DNA of 64,000 bases from Candidatus Onthousia faecigallinarum (GTDB lineage: Bacteria > Bacillota_I > Bacilli_A > RF39 > UBA660): positions 166 through 64,165 of the forward strand of contig DVKE01000048.1 in the NCBI GenBank assembly GCA_018716225.1, read 5' to 3'. This document shows positions 62,692-64,000 of the stretch, in pieces. Within the stretch, counting starts at the first letter, position 1; every line of letters begins with the position of its first letter. A program made the translations under genes and the position numbers. A model generated the notes under the pieces. The model made no database searches and was not told where the DNA came from. It saw only the letters and a program-made list of their open reading frames with translations.

Positions 62692-62771
62692 ACGTGCAAT
62701 AAGTAAATGTGGAATCAGGTCAGGATGGAAACATAGCAGCCTTAACATAATTTACTTATGTGCACTTTTTT
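62692..62771 (+). ncRNA. ffs: Signal recognition particle RNA (small 4.5S type)
   Basis: It has the domain IV signature CAGGUCAGG-AU-GGAA-ACAU-AGCAGCC. A long terminal helix pairs GUGCAAUAAGUAAAU with AUUUACUUAUGUGCAC. A U7 run follows. Confidence 0.7.
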
Positions 62772-62805
62772 TGATCTTGAATTACTATAAAAGGAATGTG
62801 ATAAA

Positions 62806-63267
62806 ATGATAAATAATTATATGAATATAGCAATCAATGAAGCTAAAAAAGCTTATCAAAAAGGTGAGGTTCCAGTGGGAGCGGTAATCATAAAAGAAGG
62901 AAAAATAATTGCCAAAGCTCATAATCAAAAAGAATCCAAAAATAGCGTCCTTGCTCATGCAGAAATCATTGCTATAAAAAAAGCTTCTAAAAAACTAAAA
63001 AATTGGCGTTTAAACGATTGCGAAATTTATATTACTTTAGAACCCTGCCCTATGTGTGCCAGTGCAATACAACAGGCTAGAATTAAAAAGGTTTATTATG
63101 GATGTGAAATTAGTGAGTCCGAAAACTCTAAAATAATAAATCGGATTTTTTCTACAACCAATCGTAATCAAAAAATTGATAAAGTAGAAAATATAAAAAA
63201 TGAAAAATGTAAAAAAATAATACAAACTTTTTTTCAGGAAAAGCGCAATAAAACAAACGTTCGATAA
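62806..63267 (+). CDS. tadA: tRNA-specific adenosine deaminase
   Basis: It has HAE and PCxxC zinc ligands (AHAEIIAI, EPCPMC). Confidence 0.9.
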   Translation: MINNYMNIAINEAKKAYQKGEVPVGAVIIKEGKIIAKAHNQKESKNSVLAHAEIIAIKKASKKLKNWRLNDCEIYITLEPCPMCASAIQQARIKKVYYGCEISESENSKIINRIFSTTNRNQKIDKVENIKNEKCKKIIQTFFQEKRNKTNVR

Positions 63268-63333
63268 ACAAAAGAATTTTGATTGGAAATATAAGAAAAT
63301 ATGCTATAATAGAAATTGACAGGAAGTGATATC

Positions 63334-64000
63334 GTGTACCAAGCTTTATATAGAAAATACCGTCCTAAAAAATTCAGTGAAGTAGTAGGACAAAATTCTG
63401 TAATAACAGTTTTAAAAAATACAGTAAGAACAAAACATATTGGACATGCTTACCTGTTTTCAGGACCAAGAGGTACAGGGAAAACAACGATCGCCAAAAT
63501 TTTTGCAAGAGCTGTAAATTGCTTAGAAACAACAGATGGAGAAATTTGCGAAAAATGTAAAAACTGTCAGATTTCTTCTTCTCCAGAATGTATGGACATT
63601 ATAGAAATTGATGCTGCATCTAATAATGGCGTAGATGAAATAAGAGATTTAAGAAACAAAGTAAATATCCTTCCAGCGGAGTTAAACTATAAAGTCTATA
63701 TTATTGATGAAGTTCATATGCTGACAATTGGTGCTTTTAATGCATTGTTAAAAACTTTAGAAGAACCTCCACATCATGTAATCTTTATTTTAGCTACAAC
63801 AGATCCTCAAAAAATACCTGCTACCATTATTTCTAGATGTCAATGCTTTCAGTTTAAGAAATTAACAGAACTAGAAATAACAGAACATTTAAAAGAAATT
63901 TCTTTGAAAGAGAATATTAAAGTAGAAGATGACGTTTTAAAAGAGATTGCAAAATCATCTGATGGAGGAATGCGAGATGCCATAGGACTGCTGGATAAAA
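63334..64000 (+). CDS. dnaX: DNA polymerase III subunit gamma/tau (5' partial, continues past window)
   Basis: It starts at GTG with RBS AGGAAGTGA. It has Walker A GPRGTGKTT and a CxxC zinc module. Confidence 0.85.
   Translation, partial: MYQALYRKYRPKKFSEVVGQNSVITVLKNTVRTKHIGHAYLFSGPRGTGKTTIAKIFARAVNCLETTDGEICEKCKNCQISSSPECMDIIEIDAASNNGVDEIRDLRNKVNILPAELNYKVYIIDEVHMLTIGAFNALLKTLEEPPHHVIFILATTDPQKIPATIISRCQCFQFKKLTELEITEHLKEISLKENIKVEDDVLKEIAKSSDGGMRDAIGLLDK

Overview
This is a low-GC Firmicutes chromosome window spanning the replication origin. On the minus strand it carries rpmH-rnpA-yidC-jag-mnmE-mnmG-rsmG-(noc-like)-soj-spo0J; on the plus strand dnaA-dnaN-(comK-like)-recF-gyrB-gyrA-ffs-tadA-dnaX. 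DnaA-box clusters flank dnaA. Housekeeping genes fill most of the rest: secA, hpf, cspA, trpS with a T-box leader, sodA, mreB-like, murA, fba, prfA-prmC, rpoE-delta, argS, a class A PBP, ung, rlmH, dnaB-helicase, rplI, rpsF-ssb-rpsR and ychF. Sporulation genes (spoIIR, gerQ, and a SpoIIQ-like M23 peptidase) point to an endospore former. Accessory content is of four kinds. (1) An agr-type quorum-sensing locus with convergent agrBD and agrAC units and a candidate cyclic autoinducer. (2) A decayed integrative island bounded by a divergent duplicate of the secA 3' end. It carries two multiply disrupted tyrosine integrases, a KilA-N protein, a GNAT gene, iteron-like repeats and trpS. (3) An IS66-family insertion with 13-bp terminal inverted repeats and 8-bp target duplications but a frameshifted transposase. 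(4) A 174-bp tandem repeat array rich in perfect palindromes between gyrA and a small SRP RNA. A shared tandem TGTCGAA (Spo0A-box-like) motif lies upstream of agrB, upstream of the comK-like gene and inside oriC.
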